From NCBI GenBank assembly GCA_048497495.1, contig JAFHCF010000159.1, forward strand, positions 20,173-84,172: 64,000 nt of DNA. Direction: 5' to 3'. Origin of the DNA: Prosthecomicrobium sp. Its GTDB lineage: Bacteria > Pseudomonadota > Alphaproteobacteria > Rhizobiales > Ancalomicrobiaceae. The position numbers were made by a program, and so were the translations under genes. Below the pieces are notes generated by a model. It did not search any database, was not told where the DNA came from, and saw nothing but the letters and a program-made list of their open reading frames with translations. Shown here piece after piece: positions 1 to 8,844 of this stretch (positions are counted from its first letter, which is position 1; each line of letters begins with the position of its first letter).

Positions 1-331
1 CGTCGAGCGGCTCGCCGAGCGCGTTGACCACCCGACCGAGCCACGCCGTCGACGGGCGAACCGAGCCGTCCGCCGCCGTCACCACGGCGCGGCAGCCCAT
101 CCGCACCCCCTCGAGCGGCCCGAAAGGCAGGCAGAGAGCCTTCGATCCCTCGAAACCGATGACCTCCGCCGGCACCTCGCGCCCCGACGTCGCCTCGATG
201 GCGAGGCGCGAGCCGACGCTCATCTCGTGCACCGGACCGGCGACCTCGATCATCAGGCCACGCACCCCCACCACCCGACCGAAAATGGTCTGGCCGGGCA
301 GATCGGCGATCTCTCGGATCAGCGACTCCAT
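1..331 (-). CDS. fliI: Flagellum-specific type III secretion ATPase FliI, N-terminal part; the gene runs off the left edge
   Basis: Not in the ORF track because there is no stop in the window. Reverse-strand translation from the ATG (331-329) reads MESLIREIADLPGQTIFGRVVGVRGLMIEVAGPVHEMSVGSRLAIEA..EVPAEVIGFEGSKALCLPFGPLEGV, the N-terminal pattern of FliI/YscN ATPases. The listed + ORF 24..380 is its antisense. Confidence 0.75.
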   Translation of the reverse strand, partial: MESLIREIADLPGQTIFGRVVGVRGLMIEVAGPVHEMSVGSRLAIEATSGREVPAEVIGFEGSKALCLPFGPLEGVRMGCRAVVTAADGSVRPSTAWLGRVVNALGEPLD

Positions 332-609
332 GGCGACGAATCCGTTTCCCTCGAAGGTGACGACGCGGCGCCGTCAGTAACGCGTTGTTAACGCCCTTCG
401 TCAAACAATATGAACGAGCGGGCGATGTGGGGTCGCGCGCGAGGCGATGCGAGAGACCTCGAAGAGGTGATTCCAGAGAGTCGGTTAGAGGCAGATCCTA
501 AAGTGCCGTCTCAACTCCGATTCTTCCAGATTTATCTTTTCAAACAGGGATCTGGCGGGATTTGACGACCAGACTCGAGACGACACTTGCCCATGCGAAT
601 CAGATTCTG

Positions 610-617
610 TTAACCAT
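610..617 (+). promoter_or_regulatory. Candidate CtrA half-site TTAACCAT upstream of ctrA
   Basis: The exact 8-mer TTAACCAT is read at 610-617, about 100 nt upstream of the ctrA ATG at 720. TTAA is rare in this GC-rich DNA. It matches the CtrA 8-mer motif described in Caulobacter; binding cannot be shown from sequence. Confidence 0.35.
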
Positions 618-719
618 TGTCCGGTACGCTACCGAGTCGGGGTTGATGGGTGTCGATCGCAGCGGTTTGTCGGGGGCCGATGCGCCAAGCCCGGGGTGAA
701 GGCGACAAAGGGGATTGGC

Positions 720-1424
720 ATGCGCGTACTGCTCATCGAAGACGACAGCGCCACCGCGCAGAGCATCGAATTGATGCTCAAGTCCGAGAATTTCAACGTC
801 TACACGACGGATCTGGGCGAAGAGGGCATCGACCTCGGCAAGCTCTATGATTACGACATCATTCTTCTGGATCTCAACCTGCCCGACATGTCGGGCTACG
901 AGGTCCTCAGGACGCTCCGCGTCTCGAAGGTGAAGACGCCGATCCTGATTCTCTCCGGCCTCGCCGGCATCGAGGACAAGGTCCGCGGTCTGGGCTTCGG
1001 CGCCGACGACTACATGACCAAGCCGTTCCACAAGGACGAGTTGGTCGCCCGCATCCACGCCATCGTCCGTCGTTCCAAGGGCCACGCCCAGTCGGTGATC
1101 ACCACCGGCGACCTGGTGGTGAACCTCGACACCAAGACGGTGGAAGTGAACACCCAGCGCGTGCATCTGACCGGCAAGGAATATCAGATGCTGGAGCTGC
1201 TCTCGCTGCGCAAGGGCACCACCCTGACCAAGGAGATGTTCCTCAATCATCTCTATGGCGGCATGGACGAGCCCGAACTGAAGATCATCGACGTCTTCAT
1301 CTGCAAGCTCCGCAAGAAGCTCGCCTCGGCGACCGGCGGCAAGAACTACATCGAGACCGTCTGGGGTCGCGGCTACGTGCTGCGCGAGCCCGACGAGCAC
1401 GAAGTCTACGCCGAAATCGCCTGA
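720..1424 (+). CDS. ctrA: Cell-cycle response regulator CtrA (OmpR family)
   Basis: [67 protein letters not shown]...[50 protein letters not shown]...[11 protein letters not shown] is near-canonical CtrA. I chose the ATG at 720 rather than the ORF-track start at 696. Confidence 0.95.
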   Translation: MRVLLIEDDSATAQSIELMLKSENFNVYTTDLGEEGIDLGKLYDYDIILLDLNLPDMSGYEVLRTLRVSKVKTPILILSGLAGIEDKVRGLGFGADDYMTKPFHKDELVARIHAIVRRSKGHAQSVITTGDLVVNLDTKTVEVNTQRVHLTGKEYQMLELLSLRKGTTLTKEMFLNHLYGGMDEPELKIIDVFICKLRKKLASATGGKNYIETVWGRGYVLREPDEHEVYAEIA

Positions 1425-1467
1425 TCCCCGCGCCTCCCCCCACGCACCCCGAATTCCCCGCCTGCGG

Positions 1468-1498
1468 AAAGGCCCCGTCGAACACCGACGGGGCCTTT
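1468..1498 (+). terminator. Stem-loop downstream of ctrA (likely intrinsic terminator)
   Basis: AAAGGCCCCGTCG-AACAC-CGACGGGGCCTTT forms a perfect 13-bp stem starting 44 nt after the ctrA stop. The following T-run is weak (CGCCGTTTCG). Confidence 0.55.
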
Positions 1499-1720
1499 CG
1501 CCGTTTCGAGCCGGTGAGATCACGATCGCGGCCGACGATGTCCGTCACGGGGAACGCCGGGTGGCGATCGCTCCGATCAGGAGCATGACGAGGCGACGAA
1601 CCTGCGAGCGTTGAACTCGTCATACTCAGCCTCCATCCGCTTGCCGCCGCCATACGAGGAAAGGCGCGGGATCTCTCCCACGCCTTTGATGTCTCGAATC
1701 TTTCGCTGTTCGAATGCCGA

Positions 1721-2629
1721 TCAGCGCCCGACCACGGCGAAGCGCGAGGCCGCGATCGCCGGCGCGGGCGCCGACGCGCCGGTGGTGCCGAAACGCGGTG
1801 CCGGGGCGGCGACCGAGGCGGCCGCGATCTGGTAGAGGCCGCGTCGCTCGCTCATCGGCTTGAACGCATCGGTGAGCCCCACCACGGTCTCGGCGGCGCC
1901 GAGCACCAGAAAACCGTCGCTCGGCATCATCTTCGAGATACGCCCGAGAATGTCGATCTTCGTCGGATTATCGAAGTAGATCAGCACGTTTCGGCAGAAG
2001 ACGATGTCGAACTGACCGAGAGAGGAGAAATTCTCCAGGAGGTTCAGCTTGCGATAGCTGACCATCGACCGGAGGGTGGAGGAGATCTGCCAGGTATCGC
2101 CGTTCTGGGTGAAGTGCTTGAGCAGGTAGTTGATCGGCAGGCCGCGCTGCACCTCGAACTGCGAGTAGACGCCGGCCTTGGCCTTGTCCAACACCTCGTT
2201 GGAGAGGTCGGTGCCGACGATCTCGATGCGCCACCCGGCGAGCCTGGCCTCCTGATCCTTCAGACACATCGCCAGCGAATAGGGCTCCTGGCCGGTCGAG
2301 GCGGCGGCGCACCAGATGCGGAGCCGGCGTTCGCGCGACCGTGCCTCCATCATCTTCGGCAGCATCGTGTCGTTGAAATGATCGAAGGGCGTCTTGTCGC
2401 GGAAGAAGAAGGACTCGTTGGTGGTCATCGCCTCGACCACCGCCTCGCAGATCCTCGCCTGTCCCGGTTCCTTCATCTTGGCGACCAGCGCCGAGATCGA
2501 GGCGAGACCGGCCTTGCGCACCACCGGCTGGAGCCGGCTCTCGATCAGATACTGCTTCTCCGCCGTCAGAACGAGCCCGGACTGCTGCTTCAGATAGCCC
2601 CTGAGATAGTCGTACTCGATCGGCGTCAT
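1721..2629 (-). CDS. cheR: Chemotaxis protein methyltransferase CheR
   Basis: TTNESFFFRDKTPFDHF...LRIWCAAASTGQEPYSLAM...VYSQFEVQRGLP...FDIVFCRNVLIYFD are CheR hallmarks. Its start overlaps the cheB stop by 4 nt. Confidence 0.95.
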   Translation of the reverse strand: MTPIEYDYLRGYLKQQSGLVLTAEKQYLIESRLQPVVRKAGLASISALVAKMKEPGQARICEAVVEAMTTNESFFFRDKTPFDHFNDTMLPKMMEARSRERRLRIWCAAASTGQEPYSLAMCLKDQEARLAGWRIEIVGTDLSNEVLDKAKAGVYSQFEVQRGLPINYLLKHFTQNGDTWQISSTLRSMVSYRKLNLLENFSSLGQFDIVFCRNVLIYFDNPTKIDILGRISKMMPSDGFLVLGAAETVVGLTDAFKPMSERRGLYQIAAASVAAPAPRFGTTGASAPAPAIAASRFAVVGR

Positions 2630-3822
2630 CGACGTCCCCCCAGGATGCGCATGATCTTGCCGCCGATCTGCTCGAGGGGCAGTATCTCGGACGCGGCCCC
2701 CGCCTGCGCCACGGCGCCCGGCATGCCCCAGACCACACTCGATTCCTCGTCCTGCGCGATCACGCTGCCGCCACCGTCGGCGATGCGCTTGGCGCCCGCC
2801 GCTCCGTCGTGACCCATACCGGTCAGCACGCAGGCGAGGATCGCCGAGCCGAACAGCGGCACGACGCTCTCGAACAGCGGATCGACCGCCGGCTTGCAGA
2901 AGTTGACCGGGGGCTGATCGTTGAGCAGCACCACCGTCTCGCTCCCCTGCTTGCCGATCACCATGTGCTTGCCGCCCGGCGCCACGTAGATGCGCCCGGG
3001 CATCAGGGGTTCACCATGCGTGCCCTCTGCGGCGCGGCGGCCGGCGGCCTTGGTGATGTGCTCGGCCAGGATCGCGGTGAAGGTCGCCGGCATGTGCTGA
3101 GTGATCAGGACCGGCAGATTGCCGATCGCCGGCCCGATTTCCCCGAAGAGCCGGGTCAGCGCCTGCGGCCCGCCGGTCGACGAGCCGATCAGCAGGATGC
3201 GCGGGGTCACCGAGGAATAGGGGCGCAGCTGATAGGTGGCGGCCGGCGCGGCGGCGCGCGGTTGCGACGGCGCGAAGGAGCGCGCCGGCGCCGCCGGGTT
3301 CGCCGTCGGCGTCGAGGACACGGGCTGCGCGGACGGCACGAAGGCGGTGCGACCGCCGCGCGCCTGCGCCCGCAGGCCCAGCGCCTTCACCCTCTGGATC
3401 ACTTCGTTGCGGAAGTCGGCGGAGGTGGTGACGCCGCTGTTGGACTCCGGCTTCGGCACATAGTCGGCGGCGCCGAGCGACAGGCACTTCAGCGAAATCT
3501 CGGCATTGCGGCGGGTCAGCGTCGAGGCCATCACCACGACGAGACCGGGCTTGGCCTTGAGCAGCAGCGGCAGCGCGGTGATGCCGTCCATTTCCGGCAT
3601 CTCGACGTCGAGCACCACCACGTCCGGGTTCGAACGAGCGACGTCGTCGACCGCCAACTTGCCGTTGCGATGGCTCGCAACCACGGCGAGCGCCGGATCC
3701 TCGTCGATCCACCGACCGATCAATCCACGCACCACGACGGAGTCGTCGACGACCATGACGCGGACCGGGTCCGTCACGATCTTGTTCGGCCGCTCGGTGG
3801 CCGCGCTCGAACCGAAAGCCAT
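2626..3822 (-). CDS. cheB: Chemotaxis response regulator protein-glutamate methylesterase CheB
   Basis: N-terminal receiver domain (VRVMVVDDS...DVVVLDVEMPEMDGI) plus C-terminal methylesterase domain (LLIGSSTGGPQAL...GMGHDGAAG...VIAQDEESSVVWGMPG). Confidence 0.95.
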   Translation of the reverse strand: MAFGSSAATERPNKIVTDPVRVMVVDDSVVVRGLIGRWIDEDPALAVVASHRNGKLAVDDVARSNPDVVVLDVEMPEMDGITALPLLLKAKPGLVVVMASTLTRRNAEISLKCLSLGAADYVPKPESNSGVTTSADFRNEVIQRVKALGLRAQARGGRTAFVPSAQPVSSTPTANPAAPARSFAPSQPRAAAPAATYQLRPYSSVTPRILLIGSSTGGPQALTRLFGEIGPAIGNLPVLITQHMPATFTAILAEHITKAAGRRAAEGTHGEPLMPGRIYVAPGGKHMVIGKQGSETVVLLNDQPPVNFCKPAVDPLFESVVPLFGSAILACVLTGMGHDGAAGAKRIADGGGSVIAQDEESSVVWGMPGAVAQAGAASEILPLEQIGGKIMRILGGRR

Positions 3823-3832
3823 GTCGACCCCC

Positions 3833-4207
3833 TCAGATCAGGCCGACTTCAGCGAATTTCGCTTCCACGATCTCGCGATCGAACGGCTTCATGATGTACT
3901 CGTCGGCGCCGGCCCGCATCGCCTTGGCGATATGTCCGACGTCGTTTTCGGTGGTGCAGAACACCACCTTCGGCTTCTCGCCGCCGGGCTCGCGGCGCAG
4001 CTGCGCCAGGAACTCGAGCCCGTCCATGACCGGCATGTTCCAGTCGAGCAGGATGGCGTTCGGCATCTCCTTGCGGCACGCGTCGAGAGCCTTCATCCCG
4101 TCCTCGGCTTCCGTGATCTCGAAGGAGAGATCCTCGAGGATGCGGCGGGCGACCTTGCGGATGACGCTCGAGTCGTCGACGACCAGACAGTTCTTCATCG
4201 TGGGCAC
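3833..4207 (-). CDS. cheY: Single-domain response regulator CheY
   Basis: 124 aa receiver domain: CLVVDDSSVIRK...AILLDWNMPVMDGLEFL...ADEYIMKPF. Confidence 0.9.
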   Translation of the reverse strand: MPTMKNCLVVDDSSVIRKVARRILEDLSFEITEAEDGMKALDACRKEMPNAILLDWNMPVMDGLEFLAQLRREPGGEKPKVVFCTTENDVGHIAKAMRAGADEYIMKPFDREIVEAKFAEVGLI

Positions 4208-4225
4208 TCCAGGAGCGTTGGCATG

Positions 4226-4693
4226 TCAGGCGGCGATCGCCTCGGACATCCCGCCGAGCACGCGGTCGACGTCGAGGATCACCATCAGTTGGCCGTTGAG
4301 CCGATGCACGCCGCCCGAGATCGCGGTCCACCGGGCATCGAGATTGACCGGGTTCGGCTCGCGACCGCTGGAGGGCAGATCGAGAACCTCGCCGACGTTG
4401 TCGATCAAGAGGCCGTAGCTCTCGCCCTTCGATTCGATGCCCACCGCCATCGCCGTGCCACCGTCGGTGCGCGCCGGCAGATGCAGGCGGCGGCGCATGT
4501 CGATCGCCGTGACGATGCGACCGCGCAGATTGAGCACGCCGGCGATTTCGGGCCGCGACAGCGGCACACGGGTGATCGATTCGGGCACGAAGACGTCGTG
4601 GACACGTTCGATCGGCAGGCCGAAGAGCTGTCCGCCGATCACCACGGTGACGTATTGGATGCTCTCGTTGAGGCCGTTGGCGTCGTCGCTCAT
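4226..4693 (-). CDS. cheW: Chemotaxis coupling protein CheW
   Basis: 155 aa from MSDDANGL...: QYVTVVIGGQLFGLPIERVHDV...IAGVLNLRGRIVTAIDMRRRL...GLLIDNVGEVL. I chose the internal ATG at 4693, which forms an ATGA overlap with the cheA stop. The ORF-track start at 4987 lies inside cheA. Confidence 0.9.
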   Translation of the reverse strand: MSDDANGLNESIQYVTVVIGGQLFGLPIERVHDVFVPESITRVPLSRPEIAGVLNLRGRIVTAIDMRRRLHLPARTDGGTAMAVGIESKGESYGLLIDNVGEVLDLPSSGREPNPVNLDARWTAISGGVHRLNGQLMVILDVDRVLGGMSEAIAA

Positions 4694-7395
4694 GCCGCAA
4701 CTCCGTATTCGTGGGTGGTCGTCACTTCCTTGAGCGCGGCGATCAGGCCGGGACGGTCGAACTTGGCGATGTAATCGTCGAAGCCCGACTGGCGGCCGCG
4801 TTCGATCGAGGCGGGCGTGCACATCGCCGACAGGGCCAGGATCGGGATCTGGCGCAGCTGCGGATGGCGCTTGACGTTCTCGGCGAACTCGAAGCCGTTC
4901 ATCTCCGGCATCTCGATGTCGGAGACGATGACGTCGAACAGGCGGCCGTGCTCGAGCATGTCGAGCGCTTCCGGCGCCGAGGCGCACACCGTCACCTTGT
5001 AGCCCGCCGCCTTCAGCACCGGGCCGAGCATGTTGCGGAAGAATGCCGCGTCGTCGATGAAGAGCAGCGATCGGGTCAGGGATTCCGAGGAGAGCTCCTT
5101 GCGGCGGAACCAGTCCTCGAACGCCTGCGGCAGGAAGTGGCCGATGTCGACGACCTCGGTCGCCTTGCCCTTGATCACCGCCGAGCCGAGCACGCCGTCG
5201 CGTTCCGAACCGACCTCGATCTCCATGCGGTCCTCGACGATGTCGATGATCTCGTCGACCACCAGGCCCATCGACCGACCGGCATCCGAGAACACCAGCA
5301 TCGGCAGGCTGCCCTCGGTCTTGCGCTGGGCGTATTCGTCGAAATAGACCAGCGGCATCAGCGAACCGCGGTACTGAACCAGGTCACGGCCGTTGGAGCG
5401 CTCGACCTTGTCGACCGAGAACTCCTCGAGCCGGGTGACCAGGGACAGCGGCACCGCCTTCGGCTGTTCGGTGCCGGCGCGGAAGAGCAGCAGCGAGATC
5501 ATCTGCACCGCGTCGCGGGCGCGATCGTCCTCGCGCTCGACTTCTTCGTTGGTGCCCGCCACCTGGGAGGGGCCGACCGACTGGGCGATGCCGTTGGGAT
5601 CGATGATCATGATGACGGACCCGTCCCCGAGGATGGTGTTGCCCGAGAACATGTTGATGTGCCGGAGCATGGTCGACATCGGCTTGACGACGATTTCCTC
5701 GGTGTGGAACACCGCGTCGACCACCACGCCGAAGGTCTGCTGACCGATCTGCATGACGACGATGAAGCCGTCCTCCTCGGACACCGGCGGCTTGTCGGCG
5801 GCCTCGCCGATGGCGGTGATGCCGAGCAGGCGGGAGAGGTGGACGAGCGGCAGGAGCTTGTTCCTGAGCCGCAGCACCGGGGTGTCGCGGATCCGCTCGA
5901 TGCGATGCTCGGAATTCTGTTGAGCCCGCACCAGTTCCACCACCGACAATTGCGGGATGGCGAAGCGGTCGCCGGCCGACTCGACGATCAGCGTCGAGAC
6001 GATGGCGAGCGTCAGCGGGATCTTGATGGTGAAGGTGGTGCCCTTGCCCGGCACGCTCTTCAGATCGACGGTGCCGCCGATCGCGTCGATGTTGGTCTTG
6101 ACCACGTCCATGCCGACGCCGCGGCCGGAGACGTTGGTGACCTTGGTGGCGGTGGAGAAGCCGGGCGCGAAGACGTATTTGTAGATCTGCGCTTCGGTCA
6201 TCTTCTCGAGTTCGAACTCGGTGACGAGCCCGTTGTCGACGATCTTGTTGCGGATCTTTTCGAGATCGAGCCCACGGCCGTCGTCGGCGATTTCGATGAT
6301 GATGTGGCCGCCCTCGTGGAAGGCGGAGAGCTTGATCGTGCCCTTTTCCGGCTTGCCGGCGGCCTTGCGCTGCTCGCCGGTCTCGAGCCCGTGATCGGCC
6401 GAATTGCGCACCATGTGGGTGAGCGGATCCTTGATCAGCTCGAGCACCTGGCGATCGAGCTCGGTCTCCTGACCGACCATCTCGAGTTCGATCTGCTTGC
6501 CGAGTTCGTTGGAGAGGTCGCGCACCACCCGCGGCAGCTTCTGCCAAGCGTTGCCGATCGGCTGCATGCGGGTCTTCATCACCCCTTCCTGCAGCTCGGC
6601 GGTGACGTTCGACAGCCGCTGCAGCGGCACCTTGAACTCGCTGTCCTCGTGACGGCGCACGATCTCCAGGAGCTGGTTGCGGGTCAGCACCAGTTCCGAG
6701 ACCATGGTCATCAGATGTTCGAGCGTATCGACCGCGACGCGGATGGTCTGCGCCGAGACGCTGCCGGCCTTGTGCTCGCCATCGCCGTCCTTGGCGTCCG
6801 GCTTGGGCGCGGCGGCCTTGGCGGGGCGCGGCGCGGGCGTCTTTTCCACGGCGACGGGCGCCGGCTCGGCGGCGGCCGGAGCCTCCTCGGCCACGGTCTC
6901 GCGGAAGGCGCGTTCGAGTTCGTCGAGCGACACTTCACCGGGGCGCAGCTGCCGTTCGAGGATCTGATAGACGAGCTCTCCCTCGGTATGGGAGGTCACC
7001 TCGGCCACCTTCGCCGGCTTGCCGGCCTCGGACATCCTTTCGAGCTGCGAGATCAGGTCGGTATCAGACCCGGTCGGCTCCTGCTCGGTGGTCTCGAGAT
7101 CGGCGACGATCTGCTTGATCCGGTCGATCGACTGCAGGACCAGCGTCACCGCGGCCTCCGTCACCGGCACGCCGTCGCGGAACTTGCCCATCAGCGTTTC
7201 CGCAGCGTGAGCGATCGCCTCGAGCCTGGGCAAGCCGAGGAACCCGCAGGTTCCCTTGATCGTATGGACCAGCCGGAAGATGTTCCCGAGGATCTTTTCG
7301 TTGTTGGGGTCTTGTTCGAACTTGACGAGCTCGACGTCGACGACGTCGAGGCTCTCGTTCGTCTCCGTGAGGAATTCGCGCAGCAGATCGTCCAT
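4690..7395 (-). CDS. cheA: Chemotaxis histidine kinase CheA with a fused C-terminal receiver domain (hybrid CheA-REC)
   Basis: HPt domain (MDDLLREFLTETNESL...FRLVHTIKGTCGFLGL), dimerisation and HATPase domains (HMVRNSADHG...DDGRGLD...SGRGVGMDVV) and a CheW-like domain. A terminal REC domain follows (LLFIDDAAFFRN...DVIVSDIEMPEMNGFE...DDYIAKFD). Start set at MDDLL (7395). Confidence 0.95.
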   Translation of the reverse strand: MDDLLREFLTETNESLDVVDVELVKFEQDPNNEKILGNIFRLVHTIKGTCGFLGLPRLEAIAHAAETLMGKFRDGVPVTEAAVTLVLQSIDRIKQIVADLETTEQEPTGSDTDLISQLERMSEAGKPAKVAEVTSHTEGELVYQILERQLRPGEVSLDELERAFRETVAEEAPAAAEPAPVAVEKTPAPRPAKAAAPKPDAKDGDGEHKAGSVSAQTIRVAVDTLEHLMTMVSELVLTRNQLLEIVRRHEDSEFKVPLQRLSNVTAELQEGVMKTRMQPIGNAWQKLPRVVRDLSNELGKQIELEMVGQETELDRQVLELIKDPLTHMVRNSADHGLETGEQRKAAGKPEKGTIKLSAFHEGGHIIIEIADDGRGLDLEKIRNKIVDNGLVTEFELEKMTEAQIYKYVFAPGFSTATKVTNVSGRGVGMDVVKTNIDAIGGTVDLKSVPGKGTTFTIKIPLTLAIVSTLIVESAGDRFAIPQLSVVELVRAQQNSEHRIERIRDTPVLRLRNKLLPLVHLSRLLGITAIGEAADKPPVSEEDGFIVVMQIGQQTFGVVVDAVFHTEEIVVKPMSTMLRHINMFSGNTILGDGSVIMIIDPNGIAQSVGPSQVAGTNEEVEREDDRARDAVQMISLLLFRAGTEQPKAVPLSLVTRLEEFSVDKVERSNGRDLVQYRGSLMPLVYFDEYAQRKTEGSLPMLVFSDAGRSMGLVVDEIIDIVEDRMEIEVGSERDGVLGSAVIKGKATEVVDIGHFLPQAFEDWFRRKELSSESLTRSLLFIDDAAFFRNMLGPVLKAAGYKVTVCASAPEALDMLEHGRLFDVIVSDIEMPEMNGFEFAENVKRHPQLRQIPILALSAMCTPASIERGRQSGFDDYIAKFDRPGLIAALKEVTTTHEYGVAA

Positions 7396-7745
7396 GGCCC
7401 CTACCTTGTCATTCGGTCGTCGCCGGGGTCGTTGTGCGGGGGATACCCCCCGGTCATGAACGCAGTATCGAGTCAAAGCGTTAAGAGAGGATTGCCGGAA
7501 AGCCCGCGATCCGAGGCGTTCGGAAAGAACTCGTCAGGACTCCGCGCTCGCACCGCAGCACAGAGCGTCGGGAAGTTGTTCTACTTATAGGCGGGGCTGC
7601 CGGTCTGGTGTGTTTCGACGATCCCGAGCACCAGAAGAAGCCACCGGAGGCGAGGCCGTCCGGGCGGATTATTCGGCGTCTTTCGCGGTGACATCACCAC
7701 CGAGGGTGGATGCAGCGCGGAATCGCTCGCCGACCTCGCGAAGTC

Positions 7746-8438
7746 TCAGGCGGGATCGCCGGCGGAGCCGGGGCCGGCGAGCACGGTGGCCTCGACCTTG
7801 GGACTGGCGCGGAACACCACCGAATCGCCGTCCTTGTCCACCGTGACGGTCACGCCCGCCGCCTTGGCCAGGAGACCGGCGTAGATCGGCTGGATCATGT
7901 GGGCGTCGGGCGCATGATCGCCGAGCCCGCCGCCGAGGAAGGTCTCGGCATTGGCCGGGATGCGCGCGTTGGTGCCCTCGCAGGTGAGGGTGAAGGTCGG
8001 CGCTTCCGCCTCTCCCGTCACCACCACCTTGATCACCCCGCCGCGCGGTATGGCGTGGCCCGCCATCAGGATCAGATTGAGCAGCAGCTTGACCAGGTTC
8101 TTCGGCATCAGCACGCGGGTGGCGGTCCACTCGAGCGATGCCTTCTCGCCCGCCATGAAGCCCTTGGCCACCATCTCGGCGTCGCCGAGGTCGATCGACG
8201 CGCCGGCCGACCCGGCGGCGCCGAAGGCGAGGCGGGCGAATTGCAGCTTGGCCGAGGCCTGACGCGCGCTCTTGCGGATCAGGTCCATGGCGAAGGCGCG
8301 CATCTCCTCGTTGTTGTCCTCCTCGAGAACCTCGAGGCCGTTGGTGATCGCCCCGACCGGCGAGATGATGTCGTGGCACACTCGGCTGGCGATGAGGGCG
8401 GCGAGATCGAGAGCGGCGATGTCCGACGTGTCGGCCAT
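7746..8438 (-). CDS. chpT: Histidine phosphotransferase ChpT (CckA-ChpT-CtrA phosphorelay)
   Basis: MADTSDIAALDLAALIASRVCHDIISPVGAITNGLEVLEEDNNEE...AKLQFARLAFGAAGS. The H-box context CHDxISPxGAI and the ~230 aa size are typical of ChpT. Start set at MADTS (8438). Confidence 0.8.
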   Translation of the reverse strand: MADTSDIAALDLAALIASRVCHDIISPVGAITNGLEVLEEDNNEEMRAFAMDLIRKSARQASAKLQFARLAFGAAGSAGASIDLGDAEMVAKGFMAGEKASLEWTATRVLMPKNLVKLLLNLILMAGHAIPRGGVIKVVVTGEAEAPTFTLTCEGTNARIPANAETFLGGGLGDHAPDAHMIQPIYAGLLAKAAGVTVTVDKDGDSVVFRASPKVEATVLAGPGSAGDPA

Positions 8439-8844
8439 GGGGGAGAGGCTCCTCGGGCAGAGGGTCGTGAATGGGGACGCGAAAGGACGCCGAAGGGCGC
8501 GAATCGGCTCTGTCGGTATTCCCCAAGGGTTACAGGCGTCGTCGGTGCATTTCAAACGGAGGATGGAATCGGTGACGTCCCGGTCCGGGCGTGAACCCTA
8601 TCGTCCCGCCACGCGGGGCTTCACCGCCGGCCGGGCACAACCGACCTCGCGGCGTCGCCGACTCGAGGTGCCACGATGTCGCCAGCCATGACCGTTCGTC
8701 CTCGTGATCGCACGGCGCCGGGGCGCCAGCCTTCGGCAGAAGGCCCCGTCCGGCGGCGGAGTGGACCTGGAGGATTTCGTGATCACGCCACGGCGCGGCG
8801 CGGCGCCGCCGCTTCCGTCGGGCACCGGTCGCGCTCGGCCGTGC

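Noticed and set aside
24-380. 118-aa + strand ORF at the left edge
   Set aside because: It is antisense to a clear FliI N-terminus on the minus strand. Its translation is Pro/Arg/Ser/Thr-rich with no family resemblance.
388-392. TTAAC half-site in the fliI-ctrA intergenic region
   Set aside because: It is only a 5-mer, and no second TTAA lies at N7 spacing. It is too weak to call a CtrA site.
4711-7590. 959-aa + strand ORF
   Set aside because: It is antisense to cheA. The sequence is low-complexity and rich in R/D/H/G/L, the typical long open antisense frame of GC-rich DNA.
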